Shown: piece by piece, positions 30,297-32,000 of the stretch
How the letters are laid out: the number at the start of each line of letters is the position of its first letter
How positions within the stretch are numbered: position 1 is the stretch's first letter
Source: Copranaerobaculum intestinale
GTDB lineage: Bacteria; Bacillota_I; Bacilli_A; Erysipelotrichales; Erysipelotrichaceae
Reading direction: 5' to 3'
DNA: 32,000 nucleotides
Assembly (NCBI RefSeq): GCF_009831105.1
Contig: NZ_WUUQ01000001.1
Coordinates: 780,001-812,000 of the forward strand
Translations under genes and position numbers: made by a program
The notes under the pieces: model-generated
What the model saw: only the letters and a program-made list of their open reading frames with translations
The model's database searches: none
What the model was told of the DNA's origin: nothing

Positions 30297-31625
30297 TTAC
30301 TGATTTGATGATGAAATAATGTGTTCATCATTGCTTTCTAATCGCCAAATATATTTATCTTTTCGGAAAAGCAAACAAACGCATACACCTCCGATTCCGA
30401 TCATAAAGAATAAGAAGGCAGCGCCGCTGCCCTTGCCAAGGCCAAACAGCTGGTGCAGAAAATGATCAGTAGGGAGAGATTTCATCAATGGTTCGACTAC
30501 ATGATCGACCAAGAATCCACCGGTCAGATAACCGATCGGTATGGTGAAAAATTGCAGGGAATTGCGGATTGCGTAAACTCGTCCTTGAATCGTAATCGGG
30601 ATTCTCGTACGAAACAGCACATCCATATTCGCGTTCATGATCGGTACGAATAACCAACCTAAAACCGCGCCCACGCACCATATCGGTACGCTTTTGCCAA
30701 ATGCCAAAAAGAAATTTTCAGTGCTCATGGATACTAGCAGAGCATTGCAGATCACGCGTACCCGGCTTTTGGGAGACGGAAGCAGCGATATCAGAATACT
30801 GCCGATTAAAGCAGCGAAACCGGCACACATATTGATAATGCCTAATGCGGCCGCATTCCCATGTATTTTCGAGAGCACCATGGCGGGCAGCACTGCATCA
30901 TAAATGGATGCGATCAAATTGATCGAAGCCAGAAATAACATTAAATCAAGGATGCCGCGATGCTTTTTTAAATACTGCAGTCCGGCTTTGCTCGCCTGTA
31001 AAATTCCCTCTGCGGTTTCCTGATGATCCTTTGATACATCCGGTATCATAATAAAGTAATAAAGGGTCAAAAAGGCGAGCAGGAAGGTAAACAGATCGAA
31101 TGCAATTACCGCGTCCATGCCTAACAGTGTGAACAGAGCGGTGGCAAGCATTGGTGTCAGCACGGTAATCAGTGAGTTGGAGAAAGACCGCATACCGCTG
31201 ACTTTCTGATAATATGCTTTCGGTGTGAGAATGCTGATTGCCACATCTGAAGCCGGACCTTGTATGGTATCCATAAGTCCGTTGCAGGTATTTAGGATAT
31301 ACAGATGCCAAATTTCTAAATGACCGCTTTTCAGCAGGATAAAGATGAGAATGGTACATACTGCCGCAAAACTGTCACTGATCAGCATCGTAACGCGCTT
31401 ATTCCAACGGTCACTTAACGCTCCGGCAAAAATACTGCATAAGACATATGGCGCATAGGAACAAACCGTCAGAAGTGCTGTGCTCATCGCTGATCCGGTT
31501 TTCTGATACAGCCATATCACCAGGGCAAAATTTGTCATAGAACTGCCGAGCTGAGATAATGACTGAGTACTCCACAACAGCAGAAAGGCGTGAAGATCGT
31601 GATACATTATTTTATAGTTTTTCAT
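30297..31625 (-). CDS. MFS transporter, DHA3/Mef-like efflux family
   Basis: 442 aa, about 12 TM. N-terminal WSTQSLSQLGSSMTNFALVIWLYQKTGSAMSTALL...GALSDRWNKR parallels the Mef(A)-type N-terminus (TGSAM, DR..RK). AAGGAG RBS. Confidence 0.88.
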   Translation of the reverse strand: MKNYKIMYHDLHAFLLLWSTQSLSQLGSSMTNFALVIWLYQKTGSAMSTALLTVCSYAPYVLCSIFAGALSDRWNKRVTMLISDSFAAVCTILIFILLKSGHLEIWHLYILNTCNGLMDTIQGPASDVAISILTPKAYYQKVSGMRSFSNSLITVLTPMLATALFTLLGMDAVIAFDLFTFLLAFLTLYYFIMIPDVSKDHQETAEGILQASKAGLQYLKKHRGILDLMLFLASINLIASIYDAVLPAMVLSKIHGNAAALGIINMCAGFAALIGSILISLLPSPKSRVRVICNALLVSMSTENFFLAFGKSVPIWCVGAVLGWLFVPIMNANMDVLFRTRIPITIQGRVYAIRNSLQFFTIPIGYLTGGFLVDHVVEPLMKSLPTDHFLHQLFGLGKGSGAAFLFFMIGIGGVCVCLLFRKDKYIWRLESNDEHIISSSNQ

Positions 31626-31665
31626 AAGACTTTACTCCTTTAATGTTTGTTTAAACAATGAAATC

Positions 31666-31727
31666 GCAAAGTCTATCGGACGAATAAGAATTTCTCCATG
31701 CATGGATCGTCCAAATCTAGACTTTGC
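31666..31727 (-). promoter_or_regulatory. extended leader hairpin (attenuator candidate) upstream of the MFS gene
   Basis: On the mRNA: GCAAAGUCUA...GGACGA...UCCAUGCAUGGA...UCGUCC...UAGACUUUGC (10 bp + 6 bp + apical palindrome). The 5' arm is the end of the leader ORF. Confidence 0.5.
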
Positions 31728-31752
31728 ATGGAGTATAAGCAATGCATAACAT
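31717..31752 (-). CDS. candidate 11-codon leader peptide MLCIAYTPCKV
   Basis: GAGGAGG RBS 11 nt upstream of ATG 31752. The stop TAG (31719-31717) is embedded in the 5' arm of the hairpin. Confidence 0.4.
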   Translation of the reverse strand: MLCIAYTPCKV

Positions 31753-31780
31753 AATAAAGAATTCCTCCTCAAATATATTT

Positions 31781-31809
31781 ATTATGACATTGAAATCAAA
31801 ACCTGACAA
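31781..31809 (-). promoter_or_regulatory. promoter TTGTCA-17 nt-CATAAT for the leader/MFS transcript
   Basis: Minus strand: -35 at 31809-31804 and -10 at 31786-31781, immediately after the tRNA-Ala terminator. Confidence 0.45.
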
Positions 31810-31835
31810 TAAAAAAAGAACTGCTGAGCAGTTCC
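31810..31835 (-). terminator. intrinsic terminator after tRNA-Ala
   Basis: Minus strand: GAACUGC-UCA-GCAGUUC followed by UUUUUUU. Confidence 0.7.
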
Positions 31836-31846
31836 TGATAGATAAA

Positions 31847-31922
31847 TGGTGGAGCTTATCGGGATCGAACCGATGACCTCCTGCGTGCAAAGCAGGCGCT
31901 CTCCCAACTGAGCTAAAACCCC
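31847..31922 (-). tRNA. tRNA-Ala (anticodon UGC)
   Basis: The reverse complement reads GGGGTTTTAGCTCAGTTGGGAGAGCGCCTGCTTTGCACGCAGGAGGTCATCGGTTCGATCCCGATAAGCTCCACCA. It has the G3:U70 identity pair, anticodon loop UUUGCAC and an encoded CCA. Confidence 0.95.
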
Positions 31923-31963
31923 ATGTATGTGAAATTCGATAGGAAACTATCGAATGCCTATTA

Positions 31964-31992
31964 AATATACCACTCATAAAGATTTTCGTCAA
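31964..31992 (-). promoter_or_regulatory. promoter TTGACG-17 nt-TATATT (TG-extended) for tRNA-Ala
   Basis: Minus strand: -35 at 31992-31987 and -10 at 31969-31964, preceded by TGg. Confidence 0.55.
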
Positions 31993-32000
31993 TCCCCATA

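Noticed and set aside
31717-31992. 91-aa minus-strand ORF
   Set aside because: It reads straight through tRNA-Ala and its terminator, so it is not a real protein. Only its last 11 codons, which have their own RBS, are kept as a candidate leader peptide.
1-32000. Search for CRISPR arrays, IS/transposase genes, integrases, prophage genes, toxin-antitoxin pairs or defence-system enzymes (nucleases, helicases, methylases)
   Set aside because: I could see no regularly spaced repeats longer than the 4x TCTCACA array, no terminal inverted repeats, and no ORF with transposase, integrase, nuclease or helicase motifs.

Overview
The window looks like a low-to-moderate GC Firmicutes-type chromosomal segment. 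Genes are tightly packed, with AGGAGG-type ribosome binding sites (RBS), TTGACA/TATAAT promoters and many hairpin-plus-U-tract terminators. A guess is Erysipelotrichaceae or Clostridia, which I cannot verify without a search.

Housekeeping anchors are gltX, a cold-shock gene, aminopeptidase P, tRNA-Gln(CUG) and tRNA-Ala(UGC). I saw no rRNA, CRISPR array, IS element, transposase, integrase or phage genes.

Left to right, the window contains:
- a flavoprotein/redox cluster: two Flavodoxin_4-like paralogs (one a lipoprotein fusion), an Isf-like FMN reductase and an Fe-alcohol dehydrogenase
- a MATE exporter behind a long leader carrying two tandem structured RNA elements
- a hypothetical membrane protein, then a cupin/HAD pair and an alpha/beta hydrolase
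- a ROK regulator-PHP-dehydratase-flavodoxin gene string
- a three-gene operon with a pentameric ligand-gated ion channel homolog, a 6TM voltage-sensor K+ channel (TVGYGD filter) and a polytopic membrane protein
- an N-terminally truncated KdpD-like kinase and KdpE-like regulator, followed by four phased TCTCACA repeats
- cutC, csp, gltX and tRNA-Gln
- an orphan solute-binding lipoprotein translationally coupled to a Cache-SGDDF-EAL c-di-GMP protein
- pepP-like, CpXC and TPR-like proteins, a flavin reductase and an orphan MalK-like ATPase
- a Mef-like MFS exporter preceded by an 11-codon leader ORF inside mutually exclusive hairpins, then tRNA-Ala

The strongest candidates for something undescribed are:
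- the ion-channel operon with its adjacent two-component system and repeat array
- the tandem RNA elements upstream of the MATE gene
- the leader-peptide attenuator upstream of the MFS gene
- the binding-protein/EAL sensor pair

All family assignments come from motif recognition by eye. No database search was run.
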